Positions 1 to 11,721 of a DNA stretch of 64,000 nt are shown piece by piece. The notes under the pieces were generated by a model that saw only the letters and a program-made list of their open reading frames with translations, made no database searches and had not been told where the DNA came from. The translations under genes were made by a program, and so were the position numbers. This DNA comes from Deltaproteobacteria bacterium (GTDB lineage: Bacteria; Desulfobacterota; Deferrimicrobia; Deferrimicrobiales; Deferrimicrobiaceae): contig JBLNEW010000068.1 of the NCBI GenBank assembly GCA_050263095.1, positions 14,570 to 78,569 of the forward strand, read 5' to 3'. Every line of letters starts with the position of its first letter. Within the stretch, counting starts at the first letter, position 1.

Positions 1-742
<742 letters not shown>

Positions 743-748
743 CCGCCG

Positions 749-1726
749 TCACCTCGCGAACTCGAGGATTTCTCCGCTGGCGACCTTCACGGTGCGGTGC
801 GCCCCCTCGCGGCGGAAAAGGAGCTGTCCGGAATCGTCCACCCCGAGCGCCCTTCCGCGGTCTTCTTCCAGGCCGTGCCGCAGAAGCACCCGCTTGCCCA
901 GGAGCGCGTCCCGCCGGTTCCATTCCGGGAGGAGCGCCTTGAACCCGCCGGACAGGAACGCCTCGTAGCATTCCGCGAACGAGTCCAGAAACCGGGCAAG
1001 CACGTCCACCCGCCGGAACGGCCTGCCAGCCGAAATCTTCAACGAGGTCGCCTTTTCCCGCAGCTCTGCTGGGAAGCCGGACGATTCCGCGTTTACGTTA
1101 AGCCCCACTCCGATCACCACGTGGCGCAGCAGGTCCGGGTCGGCCGACATCTCCGCGAGTATTCCCGCGACTTTCCGCCCGGAAAGGAAAATGTCGTTCG
1201 GCCATTTGAGCGATGCCCGCAGGCCGGAGACGTCCTCGATCGCGGCGGCAAGCGAGATCGCCGCGACGAGCGTGAGCCGAGGGGCCTTCGCCGGATCGAG
1301 CCGAGGGCGCAGGAGAAGCGACAGGTAAAGGTTTACGCCGGGCGGAGACTCCCACTTCCGTCCCAGCCGTCCGCGGCCGGAAGTCTGCGCATCCGCGCAC
1401 ACTACGGTGGCATGGGCGGCGCCCTTCCCGGCAAGCTCCGCCGCGCGGCTGTTGGTGCTGTCTGTTACGGGGAAAAAAACCAGCGCTTTCCAGAAATCGG
1501 GGCGAGACAATCGCGAAAAAAGTTCCTTTTCCTCGATCAGGTCGGGTAGCCCGAGAAGCCGGTAGCCGGCCCCCCGGGCCCCTTCAATGCCGAAGCCTCG
1601 TCGTCTTAAGGCCTGGACCTGCTTCCAGACGGCGGCGCGGGACGTTCCCAGCCGCCTTCCGATCTCCTGGCCCGAAACGAACCGCCCCTCGCATTCTTCG
1701 AGCATCCGCCGCAGCAGTTCCCCCAT
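749..1726 (-). CDS. birA: bifunctional biotin--[acetyl-CoA-carboxylase] ligase / biotin operon repressor
   Basis: 325 aa. N-terminal HTH (SGQEIGRRLGTSRAAVWKQVQALRRRG), BPL catalytic core (GRGRLGRKWESPPG ... KWPNDIF) and C-terminal domain. ATG at 1726. Confidence 0.9.
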   Translation of the reverse strand: MGELLRRMLEECEGRFVSGQEIGRRLGTSRAAVWKQVQALRRRGFGIEGARGAGYRLLGLPDLIEEKELFSRLSRPDFWKALVFFPVTDSTNSRAAELAGKGAAHATVVCADAQTSGRGRLGRKWESPPGVNLYLSLLLRPRLDPAKAPRLTLVAAISLAAAIEDVSGLRASLKWPNDIFLSGRKVAGILAEMSADPDLLRHVVIGVGLNVNAESSGFPAELREKATSLKISAGRPFRRVDVLARFLDSFAECYEAFLSGGFKALLPEWNRRDALLGKRVLLRHGLEEDRGRALGVDDSGQLLFRREGAHRTVKVASGEILEFAR

Positions 1727-1811
1727 CCTTCTCCCGTTCCCGAGAACCGAGTTCCGCGTCCATTCTATTTAGCCTTCGGCCCGCGCGGAAATCAACCGAA
1801 AACCGCGCATT

Positions 1812-2393
1812 CTACAGGGGTATCGCCGAATACGGATCGGCGCGCCTTGCCCATTCGCTCTGGGGGTATTTCGCCTTCAGCGAATCGTATGCGCGGCGGA
1901 GCGCCTTCGGGTCGTGCGCGTGCTTGTATCCCGCTACGCCCTGGAGGAAAACAGCCTCCGGGGTCGCCCCCGCGGCCGGATGCCGGTCTATGACGGTCTG
2001 GAACTGGGAAATGGCTTCCGCCATCCGGTCCGTGTCGTAGAGAAGCTTCCCCTTCCCCAAGCCCAGGTTCGCGAAGAGGTCGTCGACCGGAACGAATCCG
2101 ACGAACCGATGGTGCTCCTTGCCTTCCGCGTCAAGGACCAGGAAGGTCGGTGTCCACTTGATGCCGAACCTCTGCATCGGCTCGGTCGGCTTGTCCCAGA
2201 AACACTGGCTTCGGACGGGAACGAACTGCTCTTCCAGGAACTTCTTGACCTGCTCGTCTGAATACGGACCCGTATTCATCCTGGCGCAGCCGATTCAGCC
2301 GTCGAACCAGAAGTCCAGGAAAACGGGTTTGCCGCTCTTGCGCGCCTTTTCCACCCCGGCATTGACGTCTGTTTCCCACCGGATCTCGCCCAT
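1812..2393 (-). CDS. thioredoxin-fold selenoprotein, predicted UxxC redox motif (in-frame TGA at 2295-2297 read as Sec)
   Basis: Track ORF 1812..2279 (MNTGPY...) is in frame with an upstream segment. ATG at 2391-2393 is preceded by GGAGGGAGG, then MGEIRWETDVNAGVEKARKSGKPVFLDFWFDG-TGA-IGCARMNTGPY.... The TGA sits exactly where the first Cys of a thioredoxin WCxxC motif would be (FWFDG-U-IGC), and a hairpin follows 17 nt downstream. selA is present in the same window. Confidence 0.6.
2260..2277 (-). promoter_or_regulatory. putative bacterial SECIS-like hairpin (mRNA GAAUACG-GGUC-CGUAUUC) downstream of the in-frame UGA
   Basis: Perfect 7-bp stem with a 4-nt GGUC apical loop, starting 17 nt 3' of UGA 2295-2297 on the coding strand. 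The apical G/U and the spacing fit the bacterial SECIS model. Judged by eye only. Confidence 0.4.
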
Positions 2394-2472
2394 CGCGACC
2401 TCCCTCCCGCACCGAAGGTTTACCGCAATTTACTTTAATAAGATGCGGGTCGGGATGCGGTAGTTTTTCGCT

Positions 2473-4164
2473 TCAGACGGTAACCTTCCCCCGGTAGGTG
2501 CCGAACACCCCGCGCATGACGTCGGAAATCTCCCCGATCGTCGCGTAGGCCTTGACCGCCGCCAGTATCGGCGTCATGACGTTTTCCTTCCCGCGGCAGG
2601 CCTTGTCGAGCGAGGCGAGCGCGTCGCGGACCGCACGGCCGTCGCGCTTCCGGCGCAGCTCCGCTAGCCGTTTGCGCTGCCCCTTCTCTATCCTCGGATC
2701 GACCGTCAGCAGCTTGTCCGGCCTCACCTCGCTTACTTCGAACTCGTTTACGCCCACGATGATCCGGTCCTTGCGCTCTATCTCCTGCTGGTACCTGTAT
2801 GCCGCGTCCTGGATCTCCTTCTGGACGTATCCCGCGTCGATGGCGTTTATCACCCCGCCCAGCCTGTCGATCTTTCCAATGTATTCCGCCGCCTGCCGCT
2901 CAAGCGTCGAAGTGAGCGCCTCGATGCAGTACGAGCCGGCCAGGGGGTCGACCGTGTCCGCGACCCCGCTCTCATGGGCGATCACCTGCTGCGTGCGGAG
3001 GGCGATCCGCACGGAGTCCTCCGTGGGCAGGGAGAGCGCCTCGTCGCGCGAATTCGTATGGAGGGACTGCGTCCCTCCCAGTACGGCCGACAGCGCCTGG
3101 ACGGTTACGCGGATTATGTTGTTGTCGGGCTGCTGGGCCGTGAGGGAAGAGCCCGCGGTCTGCGTGTGGAACCGGAGCATCCATGAGCGCGGGTCCTTCG
3201 CCCTGAAGCGTTCCTTCATGATCCTGGCCCAGAGCCGCCTCGCCGCCCGGAACTTGGCCACTTCCTCCAGGAACGGATTGTGCGCATTGAAGAAGAACGC
3301 CAGTCGCGAGGCGAACGAATCGACCGACATCCCCGCGTCGATCGCCGCCTGTACGTAGGCTATTCCGTTCGCCAGCGTGAAGGCGATCTCCTGGGCGGCC
3401 GTTGAGCCGGCCTCGCGGATGTGGTACCCGGAAATGCTGATGGTGTTCCAGCGGGGGACGTGGACCTTGCAGTAGGCGAATATGTCCGTGATCACCCGCA
3501 TCGACGGGGCCGGGGGGAAGATATATGTCCCCCGCGCGATGTACTCCTTCAGGATGTCGTTCTGTATCGTGCCGTTGAGGTTTTCCGCGGCGACCCCCTG
3601 CTTCGCGCCGACGGCCACGTACATCGCCAGCAGCACCGCCGCGGTGGAGTTGATCGTCATCGAGGTGGACACCCTCCCCAAGGGGATGCGGTCGAAGAGC
3701 ACCTCCATGTCCTCGAGGGAATCGATCGCCACTCCGACCTTCCCGACCTCGCCCGACGCAATAGGACTGTCGGAGTCGTATCCCATCTGGGTGGGCAGGT
3801 CGAAGGCGACTGAAAGGCCTGTCTGGCCGTGGTCCAGAAGATACCGGTACCGCTTGTTCGATTCCCTGGCGTCGCCGAAGCCCGCGTACTGCCTCATGGT
3901 CCACAGGCGCCCGCGGTACATCGTGGGCTGGACACCCCTTGTGAACGGATACTCGCCCGGGAATCCCAGGTCCCTCAGGTAGTCGAACTCGTCCAGCTGG
4001 GCGGGGGTGTAGAGCCGCTCGACCTCCGCGCCCGATGTGCTCTCGAACTTTTTGCGGCGCTCCGGAGCCTTGCCCACCGCCGGCGAGAGGACTTCCTTCT
4101 CCCACCGGTCCATCGCCGTCCGGAACCGGGAGGCCCCCCCTCCCTTCCTCTTGTCCGACGCCAT
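2473..4164 (-). CDS. methylmalonyl-CoA mutase family protein, catalytic (TIM-barrel) large subunit without a fused B12-binding domain
   Basis: 563 aa. N-terminal region [47 protein letters not shown]... is highly characteristic of MCM/acyl-CoA mutases. Length fits the catalytic domain only. Confidence 0.85.
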   Translation of the reverse strand: MASDKRKGGGASRFRTAMDRWEKEVLSPAVGKAPERRKKFESTSGAEVERLYTPAQLDEFDYLRDLGFPGEYPFTRGVQPTMYRGRLWTMRQYAGFGDARESNKRYRYLLDHGQTGLSVAFDLPTQMGYDSDSPIASGEVGKVGVAIDSLEDMEVLFDRIPLGRVSTSMTINSTAAVLLAMYVAVGAKQGVAAENLNGTIQNDILKEYIARGTYIFPPAPSMRVITDIFAYCKVHVPRWNTISISGYHIREAGSTAAQEIAFTLANGIAYVQAAIDAGMSVDSFASRLAFFFNAHNPFLEEVAKFRAARRLWARIMKERFRAKDPRSWMLRFHTQTAGSSLTAQQPDNNIIRVTVQALSAVLGGTQSLHTNSRDEALSLPTEDSVRIALRTQQVIAHESGVADTVDPLAGSYCIEALTSTLERQAAEYIGKIDRLGGVINAIDAGYVQKEIQDAAYRYQQEIERKDRIIVGVNEFEVSEVRPDKLLTVDPRIEKGQRKRLAELRRKRDGRAVRDALASLDKACRGKENVMTPILAAVKAYATIGEISDVMRGVFGTYRGKVTV

Positions 4165-4173
4165 TTCTTCCCC

Positions 4174-4677
4174 CTATTCCACCAGGAGCAGCTTCGCCCC
4201 GGACTCGACGACCTCGCCTTCCTTCACGAAGATCTCCTTGACCTTCCCCGTGAGCGCGGATTTGAGCTCGTTCTCCATCTTCATCGCCTCGACTACGATG
4301 ACACCCTGGTCGGCCTTGACTTCCTCCCCCAATCCGACCAGGAGCTTTACGACCTTCCCCGGCATCGGCGATGAGACCATGGCCTTGCCGGCCGCCCCCT
4401 TTCCGCCGGCCCGCATCAGCGCCTTCCGCTGCTCGTTCATGAGCGTGAACTTGTAGCAGTCGCCCGCGATCAGCACCTCGAACTCGTCGTCCTTCATCCC
4501 CTGGACGTCCACCTCGAACGAGGCGTCCCCGTAAAGGACTGACCAGACGCTGCTCTGGACCTGGTGCGCGTCGACCAGGTGCTCCTGCCCGTCTATCGTG
4601 ACCACGTACCGGGCGACTCCCGCCTCCCGTACGGCCACCTTCACTTCCTTTTCACCGATAGTCCCGATGTAGTTCAT
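4174..4677 (-). CDS. biotin carboxyl carrier protein-type subunit (biotinyl domain, EAMKM motif)
   Basis: C-terminal GQGVIVVEAMKMENELKSALTGKV biotinyl-lysine motif. I moved the start to ATG (MNYIGT...) at 4677: AGGAG RBS lies 5 nt upstream and overlaps the upstream TAG stop. The track start at 4728 would overlap the upstream gene by 43 nt. Confidence 0.75.
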   Translation of the reverse strand: MNYIGTIGEKEVKVAVREAGVARYVVTIDGQEHLVDAHQVQSSVWSVLYGDASFEVDVQGMKDDEFEVLIAGDCYKFTLMNEQRKALMRAGGKGAAGKAMVSSPMPGKVVKLLVGLGEEVKADQGVIVVEAMKMENELKSALTGKVKEIFVKEGEVVESGAKLLLVE

Positions 4678-4685
4678 GGCAGCTC

Positions 4686-6197
4686 CTAGAGGGGTTTCCG
4701 CATGCCGGGCCGGGTCGAATATTTCCACATGGAGACGGGGCCGGCGGCCGCCGCGGGTTTGTGCGCCATCGCGCGCTTCCGCTCCTCGAGGAACACGTGG
4801 ATCGCCGCCGTGATCATGGCCACGTCCCCGTGCTCGAGCCTGCGCTCCTCCTCTTCCTTGAAGAAGACCTTGTCGATGAAGTTCGTATCGAAGTTACCCT
4901 CTACGAAGTGCCGGTTGTTCATCACGCGGATGTGGAACGGTATCGTCGTCTTGACCCCCGTGACGACGTATTCGTTCAGCGCCCGTCGCATCCGCGCGAT
5001 CGCCTCGGTCCGGTTCTTCCCCCATGCAACCAGCTTGGATATGATCGGATCGTAGTAGATGGGGATCTCGAATCCCTCGAAGACTCCCGAGTCGTCCCGC
5101 ACCCCGGGCCCGCCGGGCGTGCGCAGCGAGGTGATGAGCCCCGGGCAGGGGAAAAAGTTCTTGTCGGGGTCCTCGGCGTAGACGCGGCACTCGATGGCGT
5201 GTCCGTCCTGCCTGACGTCTTCCTGCCGGATGGAGAGCTTCTCGCCGGCGGCCACGCAGATCTGCTCCTTGACGATGTCGACGCCCGTCACCATCTCGGT
5301 GACGGGGTGCTCGACCTGCAGCCTGGTGTTCATTTCGAGGAAGTAGAAGTTGCGATTCGCGTCGACCAGGAACTCGCAAGTGCCGGCGCCTTCGTACCGC
5401 ACCGCGCGGGCCGCCTCGATAGCCACCTTGCCCATCGCCGCCCGCATCTCCGGAGTGACGATGACCGACGGCGACTCCTCTATCACCTTCTGGTGCCGCC
5501 GCTGGATCGAGCACTCCCGCTCGCACAGGTGGACGTAGTTCCCGTGCCGATCGCCCAGGATCTGGATCTCCACGTGCCTCGGCTGCTCTATGTACCTCTC
5601 CATGTATACGGAATCGTCGCTGAAGGCCGATTTCGCCTCGGATTTGGCCATCCGCAGCGCGGACTTGAGCTCCCCCTCCTCCCGGACCAGGCGCATCCCC
5701 TTGCCTCCGCCTCCGGCAGTCGCCTTCAGCATGATCGGGAACCCGATCTCCCGCGCCACGCGGAAAACATCCTCCTCGGTCGCAAGCGGCTCGACCGTGC
5801 CGGGGACGACCGGCACTCCGGCCGACTGCACGGTTTTCCGCGCGATCGTCTTTGACCCCATGGTCCGCATCGCGTGGGCCGAGGGGCCGATCAGCTTGAT
5901 CTTTTCCTTTTCGCACCTGTCGGCGAAGCGGGGGTTCTCGGCGAGGAACCCGTACCCGGGGTGGATCGCCTCCGCGCCGCTCTTTTTCGCCACGTCGATG
6001 ATCTTGTCGATGACCAGGTACGATTCGGAGGCCGGGGACGGCCCGATGAGGACCGCCTCGTCTGCATACCTCACGTGCAGCGCGTGCCGGTCGACCTCCG
6101 AGTACACCGCGACGGTAGGTATCCCCATCTCGCGGCAGGCCCGCTCCACGCGGACGGCGATCTCCCCCCGGTTCGCGATCAGGATTTTCTTGAACAC
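4686..6197 (-). CDS. biotin carboxylase (acetyl/propionyl-CoA carboxylase alpha-type BC subunit)
   Basis: Track ORF 4686..7256 is a chimera with upstream antisense junk. The real start is GTG at 6195-6197 (AGGAGGG RBS, 11 nt after the TAG of the upstream gene), giving MFKKILIANRGEIAVRVERACREMGIPTVAVYSE.... Contains ATP-grasp and BC C-terminal motifs; 503 aa. Confidence 0.9.
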   Translation of the reverse strand: MFKKILIANRGEIAVRVERACREMGIPTVAVYSEVDRHALHVRYADEAVLIGPSPASESYLVIDKIIDVAKKSGAEAIHPGYGFLAENPRFADRCEKEKIKLIGPSAHAMRTMGSKTIARKTVQSAGVPVVPGTVEPLATEEDVFRVAREIGFPIMLKATAGGGGKGMRLVREEGELKSALRMAKSEAKSAFSDDSVYMERYIEQPRHVEIQILGDRHGNYVHLCERECSIQRRHQKVIEESPSVIVTPEMRAAMGKVAIEAARAVRYEGAGTCEFLVDANRNFYFLEMNTRLQVEHPVTEMVTGVDIVKEQICVAAGEKLSIRQEDVRQDGHAIECRVYAEDPDKNFFPCPGLITSLRTPGGPGVRDDSGVFEGFEIPIYYDPIISKLVAWGKNRTEAIARMRRALNEYVVTGVKTTIPFHIRVMNNRHFVEGNFDTNFIDKVFFKEEEERRLEHGDVAMITAAIHVFLEERKRAMAHKPAAAAGPVSMWKYSTRPGMRKPL

Positions 6198-6208
6198 GTG
6201 AAGCCCTC

Positions 6209-7753
<1,545 letters not shown>

Positions 7754-7791
7754 GCCACCCTCCTGGCATAAATGCGAGACAGTGTTGGAGT

Positions 7792-7820
7792 TTCATAACA
7801 TCCCGCGTGTAGGGTGTCAA
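7792..7820 (-). promoter_or_regulatory. candidate sigma70-type promoter for the carboxylase-mutase operon (TTGACA - 17 nt - TATGAA)
   Basis: On the minus strand TTGACA (compl. 7815-7820) and TATGAA (compl. 7792-7797) are spaced 17 nt apart, about 40 nt upstream of the carboxyltransferase ATG. Hexamers judged by eye. Confidence 0.25.
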
Positions 7821-9085
7821 CGGCCGCCCAGCGCGCCCGCCACGAGCTCCGCGATGTGGACGACCCGCATGGAAGGACGGGTGCGCGCAGCCATGTCGCG
7901 CAGCTGGAGAATGCACCCGGAGCAGGCGGTGGAGACGACCCGTGCCCCGCCCCTCGAGGCAATCGAGATCCTGTTCTCCCCGATGCGCGACGAAGTGGGG
8001 TAATCGCGGACGTTGAACGTCCCGCCGTACCCGCAGCAGACGTCGGCGCCGGGGATCTCGGCGAACGCGTCGCCCACAGCGCCCCTGAGCACCTCCCGCG
8101 CCTCGGAGCCTTTCGCCAGGGTGCCGGAGAGATGGCATGGATCGTGGTAGCAGATCTCTCCCGCTTTCCCTTCGGCCGGCGGATCGGGAAGTCGGGAGAC
8201 GACGCCGGATTCCAGTATGAAGCTCGCGTAATCAACGCAGAGGTTCGACACCCTGACCGCATCCTCCCGAAGCGGATGTTTCTCCGGGATGAGCGCCAAC
8301 ATGTTGCGCTTGAACATCAGCAGGCACGATCCGCACGGAAAGACGACCCGTTCCGGCCCGGCTGCCAGCAGACGGCGGACGTTCTCCTCCGCGCATCGGC
8401 GGGCGGATTCCCAATCGCCCGACACCATCGCGGGCAGGCCGCAGCAGGCGGCGTCCCGAAAAACGGCTATCGCCCTCCCGGACGCCTTCATGGAGTCGTA
8501 TGACGCCCTTCCCACGTCCGGGAACACGTGGTCGAAGACGCAGCCGACGAACAGCATGACGTCCCCGGCCGATGCTTCGCCGGGCGCAAGCGAAGCGATG
8601 AATCCCTTTTCGGGAAGTTCGGGGACCGTGCGCCCGGAGAATCCGAACGATTCAGGAAACCGGTAGTGCAGGCCGCTTCCGGTGGGGACCTTCTTCAACA
8701 GGAGATTCTGGGCGGCCGCCGCCAGGCCGCGCGCGGCGTCCCTTTTGCCCGGAGACGTCATCACCCCGCCGAAGAGAATCCTTTTCCAGGCGGGAATGCC
8801 GGCCTTGCGGGCGGCGTCGGCTCTCCCTTTCATGATGATTTCCTCGACGAGGACGTGGTTGGGGCATGCGCGCTCGCAGCGGCCGCACAACAGGCAATCG
8901 GTCAGCGCCTCCTGCACCGCCTCGACGTTCTCGTCCCGCCCCGAAAGCGCGGCTTCGACCAATGCGATCTTCCCGCGCGCCACCGAGATTTCCGCCTTGC
9001 GCTCGGGGTAGAGCGTGCAGACGGTCCGGCAAGTGCCGCATTTGGCGCAGGCGCCCGTCAGGGCCCTAAGGCCGTCATCGCTCAC
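7817..9085 (-). CDS. (Fe-S)-binding oxidoreductase subunit, GlcF/HdrD-like (two 4Fe-4S ferredoxin motifs plus two CCG cysteine-rich domains)
   Basis: 422 aa. CxxCxxCxxxCP motifs (CAKCGTCRTVC; CLLCGRCERACP) followed by CCG-domain patterns (CCGLPAMV; CCGYGGTF). Confidence 0.8.
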   Translation of the reverse strand: MSDDGLRALTGACAKCGTCRTVCTLYPERKAEISVARGKIALVEAALSGRDENVEAVQEALTDCLLCGRCERACPNHVLVEEIIMKGRADAARKAGIPAWKRILFGGVMTSPGKRDAARGLAAAAQNLLLKKVPTGSGLHYRFPESFGFSGRTVPELPEKGFIASLAPGEASAGDVMLFVGCVFDHVFPDVGRASYDSMKASGRAIAVFRDAACCGLPAMVSGDWESARRCAEENVRRLLAAGPERVVFPCGSCLLMFKRNMLALIPEKHPLREDAVRVSNLCVDYASFILESGVVSRLPDPPAEGKAGEICYHDPCHLSGTLAKGSEAREVLRGAVGDAFAEIPGADVCCGYGGTFNVRDYPTSSRIGENRISIASRGGARVVSTACSGCILQLRDMAARTRPSMRVVHIAELVAGALGGR

Positions 9086-10473
9086 GGCCGTACCGCGGGC
9101 TCGGAAAGGAAGATCTTTCCCGGGTTGAGTATTCCGTTAGGATCGAAACAGTCCTTCAGCCTCCTCATCACCGAAACGCCCAGGGGGCCCACCTCCATCT
9201 CGAGGAACGGGGCCTTCGCAATCCCTATCCCGTGTTCGCCCGAGATCGTCCCGCCCAGCTCGACCGTCTTCCGGAATACCTCCTCCACCGCGCCCTCGGC
9301 CCGGACCCTCTCCTCCTCGTCCACTCCGGAGATCATTATGTTGACGTGGATGTTGCCGTCCCCGGCGTGCCCGAAGTTGACGATCTTTAAATTCCTGCGT
9401 GATGCAAGACCCGACAGGAAGGAAAACATCTCCGCCAGGCGGCTGCGGGGAACCACGATGTCCTCGTTGATCTTCACCGGGTTCACCTTCCTGATCGACG
9501 GCGAAATGGACCTGCGCAGCTCCCACAGCCGCTCCCGCCCCGCCGGGTCGGCGGCGCGGCTCACCTCGATCGCGCCGAACCGGCGGCACGCCTCCTCGAC
9601 CTGGCCGGCTTCCCGCGCCACCGAGGCGGCCGGCCCGTCGACCTCGATCAGGAGGGCGCACCCCGCCGCCGCGGGGACCGGCAGGGAAGCGATCTCCCTA
9701 ACGCAGTCGACGGCGGTGCGGTCCATCAGCTCCATCGCGCAGGGTGTGATCCGCTCTTCCACCATCCCCGCCACCGCCCGCGCCCCCTGTTCGCTGGCCC
9801 CGAAGAATGCAAGAATCGTCGCCGCGGATTCCGGCAGGGGGATCAGCCGAAGCGTCGCCTTCGTGATGATCCCCAGCGTCCCCTCGGAGCCGACCAGCAT
9901 CCTGGTCAGGTCGTATCCCACGACTCCCTTGACGGTGTAGACGCCCGTCCGCACAAGCTCTCCGGTGCCAAGGACCGCCTCCAGCCCCAGGACGTAGTCC
10001 CTGGTGACTCCGTACTTCACGGCGCACATGCCGCCGGCGCATTCGGCCAGGTTCCCGCCGACGGTGCAGAACTTAAGCGACGCGGGGTCGGGAGGGTAAA
10101 ACAAACCTCGCTTTTTCACTTCCTCCTTGAGCGTCCCGGTCACCACTCCCGGCTCGACCACGGCGACCAGGTTTTCCGTGTCGATCGAAAGGATGCGGTC
10201 CATGCGCTCGGTGGACAGGACGACCCCTCCGTGTACCGGCAGGGAGCCGCCGGAAAATCCGGACCCTGCGCCCCGGGGCACGACCGGAAACCTGTGATCG
10301 TTGGCGAGGAGGACCGTCCGGCGCACCTCCTCGGCGGTCAGCGGATAGGCTACGGCATCGGGCAGGAATTCCTTCCCCGTGGCGTCGAACGAATAGCAGA
10401 TGCGGTCCTCCAGGGACGTTTTCAACCTCTCCCCGAAGATCGCACTGAGCGCGGAAATCGCCTTCTCATTCAT
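9082..10473 (-). CDS. FAD-linked oxidase, GlcD / D-lactate dehydrogenase family
   Basis: 463 aa. FAD-binding PCMH domain (FPVVPRGAGSGFSGGSLP) and FAD-oxidase C-terminal domain (HAGDGNIHVNI, GTISGEHGIG). Overlaps the GlcF-like gene by 4 nt. Confidence 0.85.
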   Translation of the reverse strand: MNEKAISALSAIFGERLKTSLEDRICYSFDATGKEFLPDAVAYPLTAEEVRRTVLLANDHRFPVVPRGAGSGFSGGSLPVHGGVVLSTERMDRILSIDTENLVAVVEPGVVTGTLKEEVKKRGLFYPPDPASLKFCTVGGNLAECAGGMCAVKYGVTRDYVLGLEAVLGTGELVRTGVYTVKGVVGYDLTRMLVGSEGTLGIITKATLRLIPLPESAATILAFFGASEQGARAVAGMVEERITPCAMELMDRTAVDCVREIASLPVPAAAGCALLIEVDGPAASVAREAGQVEEACRRFGAIEVSRAADPAGRERLWELRRSISPSIRKVNPVKINEDIVVPRSRLAEMFSFLSGLASRRNLKIVNFGHAGDGNIHVNIMISGVDEEERVRAEGAVEEVFRKTVELGGTISGEHGIGIAKAPFLEMEVGPLGVSVMRRLKDCFDPNGILNPGKIFLSEPAVRP

Positions 10474-10836
10474 CCGGGTAGTGTACCACGCCGCCGCTTG
10501 CGCGCTGCTGCGATCGGCTGCGCCGCCTCGTGCAGAGCACGCCCGAAACGGAAGGCGCTACGCCTCCGGCAGCTCCGTGCTCGCTCTCGCCTTCGGCTCC
10601 CCTGCATCAGGTATTACGTGCCAAGCGGTGCTTCCCCGCTCTTCGGTCACCATGAGTGGTCCGCCAAGCCGGTTTGTTCCAAGACAGGTTATGCCGAACC
10701 GGACGGTTCCGCCTCGGCGACCCGCTGCGCCGGACCTGCCATCGGCGTCTCGCGCCTTCCGTTCGAGGCCGGCGCGCCACTGGGGAATGCAGCCGATTGA
10801 GAAGCCACAGCGTGAGCGGCGGCGTGGCCGAAGGCG

Positions 10837-11601
10837 CTACCCCAGGGACTGGAGGAAGGAGGCGACCACGTTGTTGAACTCGGTCGGCTTCTCGAGCATC
10901 GCGATGTGCCCGGCGCCGGGGATGATCTTGAGCACGGCGCCGCGGATGCCGGTCGCCAGGAACTCGGAGTACTTGAGGGGAGTCAGCCGGTCGTCGTCTC
11001 CCACGATGACCAGCGCAGGGACGCGGACCTCGCCCAGCCGGCTGCGCACGTCGTAGGAGTCGCACGCTCGGAAATCCGCCGCGAAGGTCGACGGCCTCGT
11101 CGACAGGACGTCTCTCGTGACGTCCTCCCGGAGCGAAGCGTCTCCATCCCCCGCCATCATCCATTCCACCAGTTCCGGGGCGAACTCGCGGAACCGGGCG
11201 GCGATGCCGCCGAATATCACGGGGCTGATTTTCAATTTCGCCCCGGTACCCGTCAGGATGATCGCCTCCAGGCCCGGCACCCGGTCCAGCGCGGCCTGCA
11301 GGGCTATCGCACCTCCCATGGAATGCCCCGCCAGCACGAATTTCGACAGCCCCGCCTCGCCGGCGAAATCCGCAAGCCAGGCGGCGTACTCGCCCACGGT
11401 TTCCTTGGGGCTGCCGATGGATCCGGCGTGTCCGGGAAGATCCGGAATCACCAGTCGCGCCGTTCCCTTGAGTCCCGCCCACTGGTCGCGCCACGTGCGG
11501 TGGGAGCCCCCGGCTCCGTGCAGAAACACCACGGTGCGCCGCATCGACTTTACGGTGTCCTGGAAATGGGCGGCGTTTCCCTGAACGAAAACCTCCGGCA
11601 T
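10837..11601 (-). CDS. alpha/beta-fold hydrolase
   Basis: Track ORF (403 aa) carries an implausible Arg/Gly-rich extension. I start at ATG 11599-11601 (MPEVFVQGNAAHF...). HGAGGS oxyanion region and GHSMGG nucleophile elbow; 254 aa. Confidence 0.75.
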   Translation of the reverse strand: MPEVFVQGNAAHFQDTVKSMRRTVVFLHGAGGSHRTWRDQWAGLKGTARLVIPDLPGHAGSIGSPKETVGEYAAWLADFAGEAGLSKFVLAGHSMGGAIALQAALDRVPGLEAIILTGTGAKLKISPVIFGGIAARFREFAPELVEWMMAGDGDASLREDVTRDVLSTRPSTFAADFRACDSYDVRSRLGEVRVPALVIVGDDDRLTPLKYSEFLATGIRGAVLKIIPGAGHIAMLEKPTEFNNVVASFLQSLG

Positions 11602-11721
11602 GGCGTCGTCCCTCCCGGCCAAGTATATCCAATCTCCCGCGGGACTCGCGAATATTTGTCTTGAGCCGCCAGGCGCCTGTCTGGTACAAATATCCGCTGA
11701 GCCCTTCCCACGGAGCCCCCC

